Assembly: GCA_963735125.1 (NCBI GenBank)
Contig: CAVTJY010000003.1
Span: 2,615 to 66,614, forward strand
Length of the DNA: 64,000 nt
Source: an uncultured Alphaproteobacteria bacterium
GTDB taxonomy: Bacteria > Pseudomonadota > Alphaproteobacteria > Rhizobiales > Hyphomicrobiaceae
Reading direction: 5' to 3'
Position 1 is the stretch's first letter. The number at the start of each line of letters is the position of its first letter. This document shows positions 10,535-19,437 of the stretch, piece after piece. The translations under genes and the position numbers were made by a program. The notes beneath the pieces were generated by a model. It was not told the DNA's origin. It worked only from the letters and a program-made list of their open reading frames with translations, and searched no databases.

Positions 10535-11259
10535 TCAATCGCGTGAGTTCAAATAACCGCCTTGGAAACCAGACAGCTTCCGGAGCGCGCCAAGTTATGG
10601 ATGGTGACGGTGCGACGGCGTAGGGTGAGCAATTGTCCTCGCGCAGCTGGCGCAAGATGCAGTTGATGTGGATGGATGTTAGACCCAAGGCATCGGCGAG
10701 AACGAATTGACTGAGGGGGCATGTGAACTCGGTGTGCGTGGCGAGCCCGACCAAGGTTGAGCCTCTCGGCCAACTCCATGAAGAAATGGGCTGTGCGCTC
10801 GATGGCGTTGCGCCGACCGATGTTGACCAGGTGTTCAACGACCGTGGCTTCGTCGCGAGAAGAGGCCCACATGAGCGCGGCACCCAGACGGGGGAAATCG
10901 TTGAGCACTCATGATGTGCGCGCCGTGGAGAGAATCGACCGCGGCATCCGTCAAAGCCGAGAAAGAATGATCTGCGGTTCGCAACAGGACGCTGCGCAAA
11001 CCGACAATATCGCCGGCGATCGGAAAGGAGATGATCTGCCGTCCCACCGTTGGGCAGGGTCTTGTAAGCTGCATGCCCAGCCATCCTGAAGAAAAAAGGC
11101 TTTGTGCCCGGTCTGCCCTTCATGGGTGAGCTGTTGGCCCCGATGCACATTGACTCGAGTGCTCCTGCGAATCCGCAAGACACGCAGCTCGTCGTGTGAC
11201 AAGGGGACAAATGCATTCAGCTTTTTGGTGAAGACGCTATCGGACATCGCATTGGGCAT
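10535..11259 (-). pseudogene. Crp/Fnr-family transcriptional regulator; at least 4 frame breaks
   Basis: Pieces sit in three minus-strand frames. cNMP-like N-terminus: LNAFVPLSHDELRVL...GQQLTHEGQTGHKAFFLQDGWA and FPIAGDIVGLRSVLLRTADHSFSALTDA. Dimer helix: EATVVEHLVNIGRRNAIERTAHFFMELAERL. HTH: CPLSQFVLADALGLTSIHINCILRQLRED. Confidence 0.7.
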
Positions 11260-11469
11260 GGGTTGGCCTCTCAGGTGATCAGACGCTACTCCGCTCGCTT
11301 GCGCTCGTCGAAAGTGCTGGCGCCCCAGCCAGCGATGGGCGTGCACAAGTACCACGTCGATGGTGTCGACGAGGTATAAAAGTATACCTGCGGAAGGCGA
11401 TTAGGCAATACCCGTCGCGGAAGTAGCTTGAAATCGTCTGCCGACTTTCCGGGCGCAGACGGCTGGGAG

Positions 11470-12182
11470 ATGGCTGTGCTCTTGCCCTTCGAGGAAGAGT
11501 GCCATGCCGGAAAACATTTGGCGGCAAATCGCGTATTATCAGGGCTGTCGCGCGCCGACTTTGCGCTTCTCAAGCCCAATCTTGTGCCAGTTGAGCTTCC
11601 CCGCACCCAGCTGGAGACCGGAGAACGAGCGCATCGATGCGGTATACTTCATCGACCGTGGCTTCGCATCGGTGGTCGCCGATGGGGCCGGCAAGCGCGG
11701 CATAGAGGTTGGCCTTATCGGCCGGGAAGGGATGACCGGCCTGGACGATCGTGATGGGCAGCGATCGGCCCGCCGCATGACACCTATATTCAGGCCGCAG
11801 GGTCGGGGCAGCGTGTCAGCGCGCCCAAGCTTCGTTCGGCCATAGACCAAAGCGTTTCCTTGCACCGGTCGCTTCTGCACTGCGGCCATGCCTTCCTAAT
11901 TCAGGCCGCGCAGACCGCGCTGGCCAATGGCCGGAGCAAGAATGAAGCACGCCTGGCTCGCTGGCTGTTGATGGCCGACGATCGCCTCGATGGGGGAGAG
12001 CTGCCACTCACCCATAAATTTCTCGGCATCATGCTTGGCGTGCAGATGGATCGGCCGTTACCGTCGCCGTGCAAGCTCTTGAGCGGAAAGGGCTTCTGCT
12101 CAGGGCCGGGCTGCGAGCGATCACCATCGTCGACCGAAAAGGACTGATCAAAATCTCCAACGGGGCCTATTCGCCGCCGTGA
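11470..12182 (+). pseudogene. Crp/Fnr-family transcriptional regulator (second paralogue); at least 4 frame breaks
   Basis: ANRVLSGLSRADFALLKPNLVPVELP / NERIDAVYFIDRGFASVVADGAGKRGIEVGLIGREGMTGL / SLHRSLLHCGHAFLIQAAQTALANGRSKNEARLARWLLMADDRLDGGELPLTHKFLGIMLGV / ...ITIVDRKGLIKISNGAYSPP-stop, distributed over three frames. Confidence 0.7.
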
Positions 12183-12248
12183 CATCAATGCAGATCAGTG
12201 CATGCGGGAGCGCGTTGCGCTATTTTTTGGGCCGGAAAGGAGCGCAAA

Positions 12249-12491
12249 ATGACAGAACACGCACGATTGCAGCGTGCAGACGGCACCGCTGCCCTTGGCA
12301 TTTGCGAGTCGCTGCTTCTGGCGCTGACCGATCTCAAGGTGATCAGCGAAAAGCAGGCGCGCGACCTGCTGACCGACGTCGCCACTGCCCACACTGAAGC
12401 TGCCGCTACGGCCCAGTCACCGGAGAAGCATTGGGCGGTCGTGAAGATTGTTCGACGCATCCTTGCCGGCAAGAACGGCGTGCGCTCGTAG
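12249..12491 (+). CDS. Small hypothetical protein (80 aa)
   Basis: ORF 12198..12491 with an internal Met at MTEHARLQRADGTAALGICESLLLALTDLKVISEKQARDLL.... The composition is coding-like but I recognise no domain. Confidence 0.4.
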   Translation: MTEHARLQRADGTAALGICESLLLALTDLKVISEKQARDLLTDVATAHTEAAATAQSPEKHWAVVKIVRRILAGKNGVRS

Positions 12492-12909
12492 CAAAAAACA
12501 CTAACCTGGATTAGGAAGCGACCCCATCGTCGGCAGGTAAGGGGCACGGAACCCCATGCCCAAAGGGCGGGAAGTTTGCGGCGCCTCAAGCAGGCAGGCC
12601 GCGACTCCAATTGAGCGGCTCACAGACACTGCCCGGCTTTGAGCCCGCGCTCCTGCGCGGCGGGCTGATTGCGGAAGCGAACGTCATCCGACATCCGCTG
12701 ATGGAGATCATTGGACGAGCAGTCCTCTGTTGCGTGAAAGACGCATCCAGGACAGTAAACACATCCGGGGACGCATCCAGCCGAGATTAAGGCACTCAGT
12801 ATACAGGTGATGGAAACGAATTGATTAGCCGTGAGGCTCCAAAGCGGCAGACTGAAGGCTTCGTGCTGTGGGCAAGAGGCTCCGTCGCAATATTCCAGGG
12901 AGCGTGGCG

Positions 12910-13707
12910 ATGAAAATGATTGCTGCTCATCGGATACGGGAGGTGGCTCCTGGTGGCCGTGCGAAGAAAAGATCTGAAGCTCGAAGGATTGAGGAAAAGG
13001 CCGCACGCCTGACGCTGCGAAAAGCGCGCAAGCCACTTGCGGTAGTTTTCGGCGCAACACTGGGCTTCGGCATCGCTGCAACCAGCACCGAGGCGCAGGT
13101 TCTTGGCCCCACGCTGGACGACTTCGCCGTGCTGGCCGGCACAACGGTGACCAACACCGGCCCCAGCGTGATCTCGGGCAGCGTCGGCGTCTCGCCGGGT
13201 ACCGCGATCGTCGGTTTCCCGCCCGGGATCGTGTTGCCGCCGGGCACGATATATGCGGGTGGTGCAGTACCCGCGCAGGCACAAACTGAGCTGACTGCTG
13301 CCTATAACGCCCTGCAGGCGCTTCCCTCGCAGGTCAACCTTACGGGTCAGAACCTGGGTGGTATGACCTTGACCCCGGCCGTCTACACCTTTGCGACGTC
13401 GGCTCAGCTGACAGGTGTGCTGACGCTCAACGGCCTGGGCAACCGGCCGCCCAATTCGTGTTCCAGATCGGCAGCACGCTGACGAGGCAGCAACTCGGCG
13501 TCTGCTGATAACGGAGCAACGGCAACAACGTCTATTGGGCGTCGGCAGCGCGACGCTGGGCACCAACACTGTGTTCGCGGCAACATCATCGCGCTGACCA
13601 GCATCACGTTGAACACAGGCGCCGCATCACCTGCGGTGCGCTTTGGCGCGCAACGGTGCAGTGACCTCGACAACAACGTGATCACGCTATGCGTGTGGCA
13701 GCGGTGA
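12910..13707 (+). pseudogene. DUF3494 (ice-binding-like fold) secreted protein; at least 3 frame breaks in the C-terminal half
   Basis: LGPTLDDFAVLAGTTVTNTGPSVISGSVGVSPGTAIVGFPPGIVLPPGTIYAGGAVPAQAQTELTAAYNAL...LTGQNLGGMTLTPAVYTFATSAQLTGVLTLNG is the family signature. The continuation (FVFQIGSTLT..., ...LGTNTVFAGNIIALTSITLNTGA..., RNGAVTLDNNVITL) is readable in other frames. Confidence 0.65.
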
Positions 13708-13954
13708 CGGCGGCGACATTACGGACAATGACTGGGCGGCGGGGGCGTGTCGGGGCGCAGCAGACCGCATTCGGCGCGTCGAGCATGTTCGCGTCTGCAT
13801 GATGGGCAGGGGCGATGCTTCTGGCGGGGAGGAGTGTTCAACGACACGCAAAACAACCTGCAAAACAACTATCCTCGATCAAGGAGGAGGCGGGAGCGGC
13901 GCAGCAAACGGGGGTCAACGAGGGAACGCGGGCGCGGGGTGTATCAATAATAGA

Positions 13955-14052
13955 TGGCGCTGTGGAGTGGTGGGGAGAGGTGCGGAGGGGAGAGAGGGGG
14001 AAGAGGAGGAGGGTGTGCGTGGAGAGAGGGAGGAGGGGGGAAGGGGGAAGAA
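13955..14052 (+). repeat. Extreme G-rich, C-depleted purine tract (G-quadruplex/H-DNA-prone)
   Basis: In 13961..14052 I count 59 G and only 2 C in 92 nt, with more than six runs of GGG-GGGGGG (ggggagaggtgcggaggggagagagggggaagaggaggagggtgtgcgtggagagagggaggaggggggaaggggg). The surrounding genome has balanced G and C. Confidence 0.85.
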
Positions 14053-14091
14053 GACTCCAGACACAAAATGGTGGGTTGAGAGGACCAGGCG

Positions 14092-14562
14092 ATGACTGGA
14101 ATTCGAACCCGAAATCGATTGAAGGCGCTCGCCGTAGAGAAGTAGAGCGCGCCCGGAATCTACGCAGACGGAGGCGGCCTCAGTCTGGTCGTCACCGACA
14201 CTGGCACGAAGAAGTGGGAGCTTCGGATTGCCATCGGCGACCGTAGGCGGCAATTGGGTCTTGGTATCTATCCAGGCGTGTCGCTCGATGAAGCTCGCAG
14301 CAAAGCGGCACAGATCCGGATCGGCGCCAACGAGGGCCGCGACGTGGTGTTCGAGCAGAGGCGGTCTGAGCAAATGGCTGCCGCACCTCCACGTTCGGTC
14401 TCGTTCCGAACTGCCTTCGACTGATATTTCGAGATGAAGGAGCAGGAGCTCTCCAACGACAAGCATAAAGCTCAGTGGCGCTCGACCATGCAGACCTACG
14501 TGTTTCCGACGATCGGTAAACGGCCTGTAGGCGAAATCACCGCGGCTGAAGTCCCCGCACCG
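14092..14562 (+). pseudogene. Tyrosine-recombinase (P4-type phage integrase) N-terminal remnant
   Basis: LKALAVEK(stop)SAPGIYADGGGLSLVVTDTGTKKWELRIAIGDRRRQLGLGIYPGVSLDEARSKAAQIRIGANEGRDV matches the DUF4102 arm-binding domain. ...LSNDKHKAQWRSTMQTYVFPTIGKRPVGEITAAEV matches the start of the SAM-like domain. The catalytic domain is absent. Confidence 0.7.
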
Positions 14563-15190
14563 ATGCTGAAGTCTGGGCAGACGAGAGACTACGATTTTCC
14601 AATCGGTGCGGCCGGCACGCACTGGATGCACGCCCACACGCTGCAGGAGCAAAATCTGACTGGCGGCCCCGCACATCGTGAGGAGCGTCCAGCAGCACAG
14701 CAGGACGAGCAGGAGATTATCGTGATGTTGCACGACTTCTCCTTCACACCTGCTGAGGAGCTGCTCGCCCGCCTCAAACGTTCAACGGCGGGACGCAGTA
14801 TGCATGGTGGCATCGGCGCCATGGATCTCAACGACATCGAATACGACGCCTACCTCGCCAACGATCGCACGCTGGATGATCCAGAGGTTGTCAAGGTGGA
14901 GAGCGGAGCGCGCGTCCGCCTGAGGATCATCAACGGCGCAACCGCGACCGGTTTCACGATCGATACCGGCGAGATCGAGGGTGAACTCGTCGCCGTCGAT
15001 GGCAAGGAGGTCGAGCCTGTGCGCGGCCGGCGTTTTCCCATGGCGATGGGGCAACGCATCGACCTTCGCCTGGCGCTGCCCAGGGACGCCATGGCCTACC
15101 CCATTCTGGCCTTGCGGGAAGGCGGCGTGCAGCGCACCGGTCTCATTCTCGCACCTTCCGGGGCGCGCATTGCCAAGCTCGGGGATGTTG
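14563..15190 (+). pseudogene. Multicopper oxidase internal fragment, fused in frame to the integrase stump in ORF 14434..15351
   Basis: AGTHWMHAHTLQEQ (HxH copper motif) and a cupredoxin domain-2-like stretch (DLNDIEYDAYLANDRTLDDPEVVKVESGARVRLRIINGATATGFTIDTGEIEGELVAVDGKEVEPVRGRRFPMAMGQRIDLRLAL). The N-terminal domain and the type-1 Cu C-terminal domain are missing. Confidence 0.6.
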
Positions 15191-15529
15191 CGGAAGCGCG
15201 CCAATGCCATGCTGGAGCATGCCGGCCTGCCCGCGCTGCTGAGCTTCAAATCCGAGACGATCCTCGACGCGCGCCAGTTCGAGCGGCCCGTGAACTATGC
15301 GCTCCTGCGTATCACCGAGGCTGGCGACAAGTGCTGGGACGACTGCGTTGATCCCGAGAAGCCACCCGTCATCGTCATTGATCCCCGCGCCGGCCACGGT
15401 CCCGGCATTGGGGGTTTCAAGCGCGACTTCGAGGTCGGGATTGCGTTTCATGTCGGGCACCCGGTCTATTTCGTCGTCTTCTTCCCTGAGCCTTGCCCGG
15501 ACCAACGGCGGATGACCTCGAAAGAATGA
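15185..15529 (+). pseudogene. DUF3141-family protein fragment
   Basis: The tail of ORF 14981..15529 (FERPVNYALLRITEAGDKCWDDCVDPEKPPVIVIDPRAGHGPGIGGFKRDFEVGIAFHVGHPVYFVVFFPEP) resembles the central part of DUF3141 proteins. Both ends are missing. Confidence 0.45.
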
Positions 15530-15675
15530 CCGCTGTTGTCCAGATGGTCGAGGCCGCCGCACGCTTGCCGCGCTATCAGGAAAGTGTGCGATGGGGCCAG
15601 AGGTGCAGGCGATCGCCCCCCGCGCTCGCGTGAAGCGCAACTTGGTCATCTCTTTCAGCAGTCGCAGCACCACCT

Positions 15676-15689
15676 TTGATCTGCATCAA
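15676..15689. promoter_or_regulatory. FixK/FNR-type box TTGATCTGCATCAA
   Basis: Perfect TTGAT-N4-ATCAA, 121 nt upstream of the ATG at 15810. The 14-mer is identical to those at 26906 and 37324. Confidence 0.65.
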
Positions 15690-15809
15690 ACCTGCGCAAT
15701 GGGCGGCGCAGCACAGAGGGCCACTGCATCTCGACGATTTCCCCCACGGCTGCTGGTGTTGACGCTCGTCAAAGCAGCCCCTCGACGCTGGGACATAAAT
15801 GAGTTGGCC

Positions 15810-16389
15810 ATGGCGCGCATTTGCATCATACAGAGTCACCCCACGCCCGGAGGTGGACATTTCTGCCACGCGCTCGCCGATGCCTATGCGGAAGGCGCCA
15901 TGGCCGCCGGCCACCAAGTCAAGACCATCGCGGTGGCGGAGATCGACTTTCCGCTCCTGCGCTCCAAGCAGGACTGGGATAGCGGCGAGACCCCGGCCGC
16001 GATAGCCTCGGCGCAGAAGACCAACGGCTGGGCCGAGCACCTCGTGCTCATCCATCCCCCTGTGGGTCGGCATGATGCCGGCGCTGCTGAAGGGCTTCAT
16101 CGAGCAGACCTTCCGCCCGGGCTTTGTCATGCGCATGTCGGCAACGCGCGGCTGGACCAAGCTCTTGACCGGGCGCAGCGCACGTGTCGTTGTCACCATG
16201 GGCATGCCGGCACTGGTCTACCGCTGGCACTTCGGCGCGCACGCGCTCAAGGGCCTGACCCAGAACCTGGCGCTGATCGGCATTAGGCCGTGCCGCCACA
16301 CGCTGATCGGAATGATCGAAGGCATGACCAGCGAGAAGCGACGCACGTGGTTCGAGCATCTGAGGGAACTCGGACGGCGTGGAGGGTAG
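15810..16389 (+). pseudogene. NAD(P)H dehydrogenase (quinone), flavodoxin-like fold (KefF/MdaB-like); one frame break at ~16060
   Basis: MARICIIQSHPTPGGGHFCHALADAYAEGAMAAGHQVKTIAVAEIDFPLLRSKQDWDSG...EHLVLIHP in one frame. It continues as MMPALLKGFIEQTFRPGFVMR...TGRSARVVVTMGMPALVYRW in ORF 16072..16389. Confidence 0.75.
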
Positions 16390-16396
16390 ATAGTTC

Positions 16397-17674
16397 GTGA
16401 ACGAGCAACGTGTGGAGGCGCCTGCCTTCGAATCGGCGCCAGGCGTACCTCTGAAGCGCTCTCTGTCGCTGCTCCAGGCGACGCTATACGGGCTCGGCGT
16501 CACGATCGGTGCCGGCATTTATGTGCTGATCGGGGCGGCGGCTGCGCGCGCCGGCATGTACGCGCCGATCGGCTTCGTGCTGGCGGCCATCCTGATGGCG
16601 CTGACGGCTGCATCATTCGCCGAGCTGGCGGGGCGGATGCCGGTTGCCGCAGGCGAGGCGGCCTATGTCCGGGACGCTTTCCAATCCGACAAGCTGGCGC
16701 TGTTCGTTGGCCTGCTGGTGGTTGCGGTGGCCGTCGTTTCCGCGGCCGCGATCAGCGTCGGCAGCGCCGGATACATCAGTGTTTTCGTTGCCTGGCCGGA
16801 AACGATCCTGATCGCTGTGGTGGTCCTGGCCATGGGCGCCATTGCCGGATGGGGCATCAAGGAGTCCGTGATCTTTGCCGGCGTCATGACGGTGATCGAG
16901 GTCGGCGGCCTGCTACTGCTCATCCTGGCGGGCATGGCATCGGGACCCGAGCTGGTCACGCGCTTGCCTGAAGCGTTGCCGCCGCTTGGCAACGGTGCCG
17001 TCATGGCCGGCCTGATGGGCACGGTCATGCTGGCGGTGTTCGCGTTCATCGGCTTCGAAAGCCTGGCCAACATTGCCGAGGAGGTGCGCGACCCGCAGCG
17101 CACCCTGCCCCGCGCCATCTTCCTGACGCTGGCGCTGTCGACGCTGCTGTATGTGCTGGTCGTGTGGGTGGCCCTGGTCGCCGTTTCGAGCGAGGAGCTT
17201 GCGCAATCCAAGGCGCCGCTTGCGCTGGTGTTCGAGCGCCTGACCGGCGCGTCGCCGCGCACCATGAGCCTGATTGCCGTCGTGGCGACGCTGAACGGCA
17301 TCATCGTGCAGATCATCATGGCATCGCGCGTGCTCTACGGCCTCGCCCGGCAAGGCGAGCTGCCGGCCTTCTTCGGCGCGGTCAACAGCGCCACGCAAAC
17401 GCCGGTCAATGCCACGGCCGTCACGACGGCGCTGGTGCTGGTCTTCGCCGTGCTGCTGCCCCTGCATCATCTCGCCGACCTCACCTCGCGCATCACGCTC
17501 GTCGTGTTCGCGCTGGTCAACCTGTCGCTGATCCGTATCAAGGCACAGGCGCGGCCGGCACCGCCCGGGACCTACGTCGCGCCCACCTGGATGCCATGGG
17601 CGGCGCTGGCCACGTGCGCGGGCCTGCTGATCGTCGATGTGGCCTTGCTCGCGCGCGCGATGCTCGCTGGGTAG
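16397..17674 (+). CDS. APC-superfamily amino-acid permease
   Basis: 425 aa and about 12 TM segments. N-terminal signature LSLLQATLYGLGVTIGAGIYVLIGAAAARAGMYAPIGFVLAAILMALTAASFAELAGRMPVAAGEAAY. Intact, with a GTG start. Confidence 0.85.
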   Translation: MNEQRVEAPAFESAPGVPLKRSLSLLQATLYGLGVTIGAGIYVLIGAAAARAGMYAPIGFVLAAILMALTAASFAELAGRMPVAAGEAAYVRDAFQSDKLALFVGLLVVAVAVVSAAAISVGSAGYISVFVAWPETILIAVVVLAMGAIAGWGIKESVIFAGVMTVIEVGGLLLLILAGMASGPELVTRLPEALPPLGNGAVMAGLMGTVMLAVFAFIGFESLANIAEEVRDPQRTLPRAIFLTLALSTLLYVLVVWVALVAVSSEELAQSKAPLALVFERLTGASPRTMSLIAVVATLNGIIVQIIMASRVLYGLARQGELPAFFGAVNSATQTPVNATAVTTALVLVFAVLLPLHHLADLTSRITLVVFALVNLSLIRIKAQARPAPPGTYVAPTWMPWAALATCAGLLIVDVALLARAMLAG

Positions 17675-17830
17675 AGGGTGACGGGAGATGGATTGAACGT
17701 CATCAAATCCGGCCTAACGGTCCTGTAAGCTTTTGCCGCGCGGATTATCAAGTCCGCGCCGGTCAAGCCTGCTTGTGGGCTCGACCGCCAATGCGCAAAG
17801 TTCAGAAGCCATGCAAGGGCCTGATGCTCC

Positions 17831-19437
17831 ATGACGAATGAGCGACGGATCGCCGAGACGGAGACCAGGCGGCCGTCATCGCGTTCCTGGCCGACCCGTC
17901 GTCCCACGCCAATGTGTCGCAAGTCGATCGCCTGGAGACGCACGGCAACCTGGTGTTTCTCGCCGGCGAGGACGCCTGGAAGATCAAGCGCGCGGTGCGT
18001 TTTCCCTACATGGACTTCTCAACGCTCGAGAGGCGCCGGGTGGCGTGCGCGCGCGAGGTGGAGGTCAACCGACGGCTCGCTCCGGACTTCTATCTCGGCT
18101 GCGTGCCGATCACCCGCACGGCCAAGGAGACGCTCGCGTTCGGCGGCGATGGCGATATCGTGGAATGGGCGGTGCACATGCGCCGGTTCGATCAGTCGTC
18201 GCTGCTGAGCAGCATCGCCGCGGCGGATGGAATCGACGCGGACCTGGCCAAGGCCGTGGCCGATGCGGTGTACGAGAGCCATCGTGGTGCTCCGAGTGTC
18301 GCCTCGGCCTCCGGAACGACGAAACCTTGCCGAGCTGGTCGGCTCGATCTGCAGCGCGCTCGCGCGGCTCCGACGCGTTCGCCGGCCAGGACGCCGGCGC
18401 CTTCTCGCGCCATGCGCACGAGCCAACTCGAGCGCGCCTCGACCATCCTCAATCGCCGTGCCGAGGTGGGCTGCGTGCGGCGCTGCCACGGCGATCTGCA
18501 TCTCGCCAACATCGTGCTGTGGCAAGGCCGGCCCATGCTGTTCGACGCCATCGAGTTCGACGAGAAGATCGCCACCATCGATACCCTCTACGACCTGGCG
18601 TTCCTGTTGATGGATCTCCGCCGCTACGGCCAGGCGCGCGCCGCCAACGTCGTGCTCAATCGCTACCTGTGGCGGTCGCAAAACGATCTCGACCTGACGG
18701 CCTGCAGGCGCTGCCGCTGTTTCTCGGGCTGCGCGCCGGCGTTCGCGCCATGGTGACCGTCGACCGGGCCGCGCAGGAGGATCGAGCGCGGCGGAGAAAG
18801 ACAGGCAGCGCGCGCGGGCCTACTGCGCGCGGCGCTCGAATACTTGGCGCCGAGCCCGCCGCAGCTATTGCCGTCGGCGGGCTGTCCGGCACGGGCAAGA
18901 GCACGCTGGCCGCCGCGCTGGCGCCGGACTTGGTGCCGGCGCCCGGTGCGGTGCACCTGCGCAGCGACCTGGAACGCAAGACCCTATTCGGCGTCGCCGA
19001 GACGGTGCGGCTGCCGGCCGAGGCCTATTCGGCCGAGGCGTCCCGCAGCGTCTACGACCTGCAGTGCCGGAAGGCGCGCCTGGCGCTGGCGGCGGGGCAA
19101 TCCGTCATCGTCGATGCGGTGCACGCGAGACCGGACGAGCGCTCGGCGATCGAAGCGGTGGCATCCGAGCTGTGGCGTACCGTTCCGCGGCCTGTGGCTG
19201 ACGGCGGCCGGCGACGAACTCGCCGCGCGCGTGGCGGCGCGCCGCAATGACGCCTCGGATGCGACGCCGGAGTTCGTTGCCCGGCAGCTGACCTGGGACA
19301 CCGGCGCCTTGTCGCCGGCGTGGGCGACGCTCGATGCAAGTGCCGGACCGGACGAGACGCTGCGGCGGGCCATGGCGACGCTTGGCCCGGAGCCGACCGG
19401 CCGGAGACTGGCAAGAGAGGAACGCGAGGCGCCATGA
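17831..19437 (+). pseudogene. Bifunctional phosphotransferase(APH/kinase-like)/AAA ATP-binding protein; at least 5 frame breaks
   Basis: VIAFLADPSSHANVSQVDRLETHGNLVFLAGEDAWKIKRAVRFPYMDFSTLERR..., kinase catalytic loop CHGDLHLANIVLWQGRPMLFDAIEF, P-loop VGGLSGTGKSTLA and a C-terminal AAA_33-like part (SVIVDAVHARPDERSAIEAV). These are read across three frames. Confidence 0.7.

Noticed and set aside
12183-12197. atcaatgcagatca, which shares the 9-mer GATCTGCAT (reverse complement) with the three FixK boxes
   Set aside because: It does not form TTGA-N6-TCAA on either strand because the half-sites are scrambled. A single 9-mer match in 64 kb on both strands is within chance expectation.
12620-12800. 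Minus-strand Cys-rich peptide tail (…GCVPGCVYCPGCVFHATEDCSS…MSDDVRFRNQPAAQERGLKAGQCL), a possible RiPP-like micro-ORF
   Set aside because: The Cys-rich stretch has no in-frame start codon nearby. Only a 24-codon Met-initiated tail remains, with no SD sequence. The pattern arises from the gacgcatccag direct repeats on the other strand, and there are no maturation genes nearby.
14068-14112. tRNA-like string (tggtgggttgagaggaccaggcgatgactggaattcgaaccc) next to the integrase remnant, suggesting a minus-strand tRNA 3' end or att site
   Set aside because: On the minus strand the TTCGAAT-like loop is 32 nt from the CCA instead of ~16. The flanking bases do not form a T-stem or acceptor stem, and no D or anticodon arm can be drawn. 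The string coincides with the start of the integrase-remnant reading frame (MTGIRTRNRLKALAVEK).
13799-14246. Gly/Glu/Arg-rich ORFs over the G-tract (13799..14095, 13815..14246)
   Set aside because: Their composition is dictated by the purine tract. They have no start context or domain and overlap the integrase stump in another frame.
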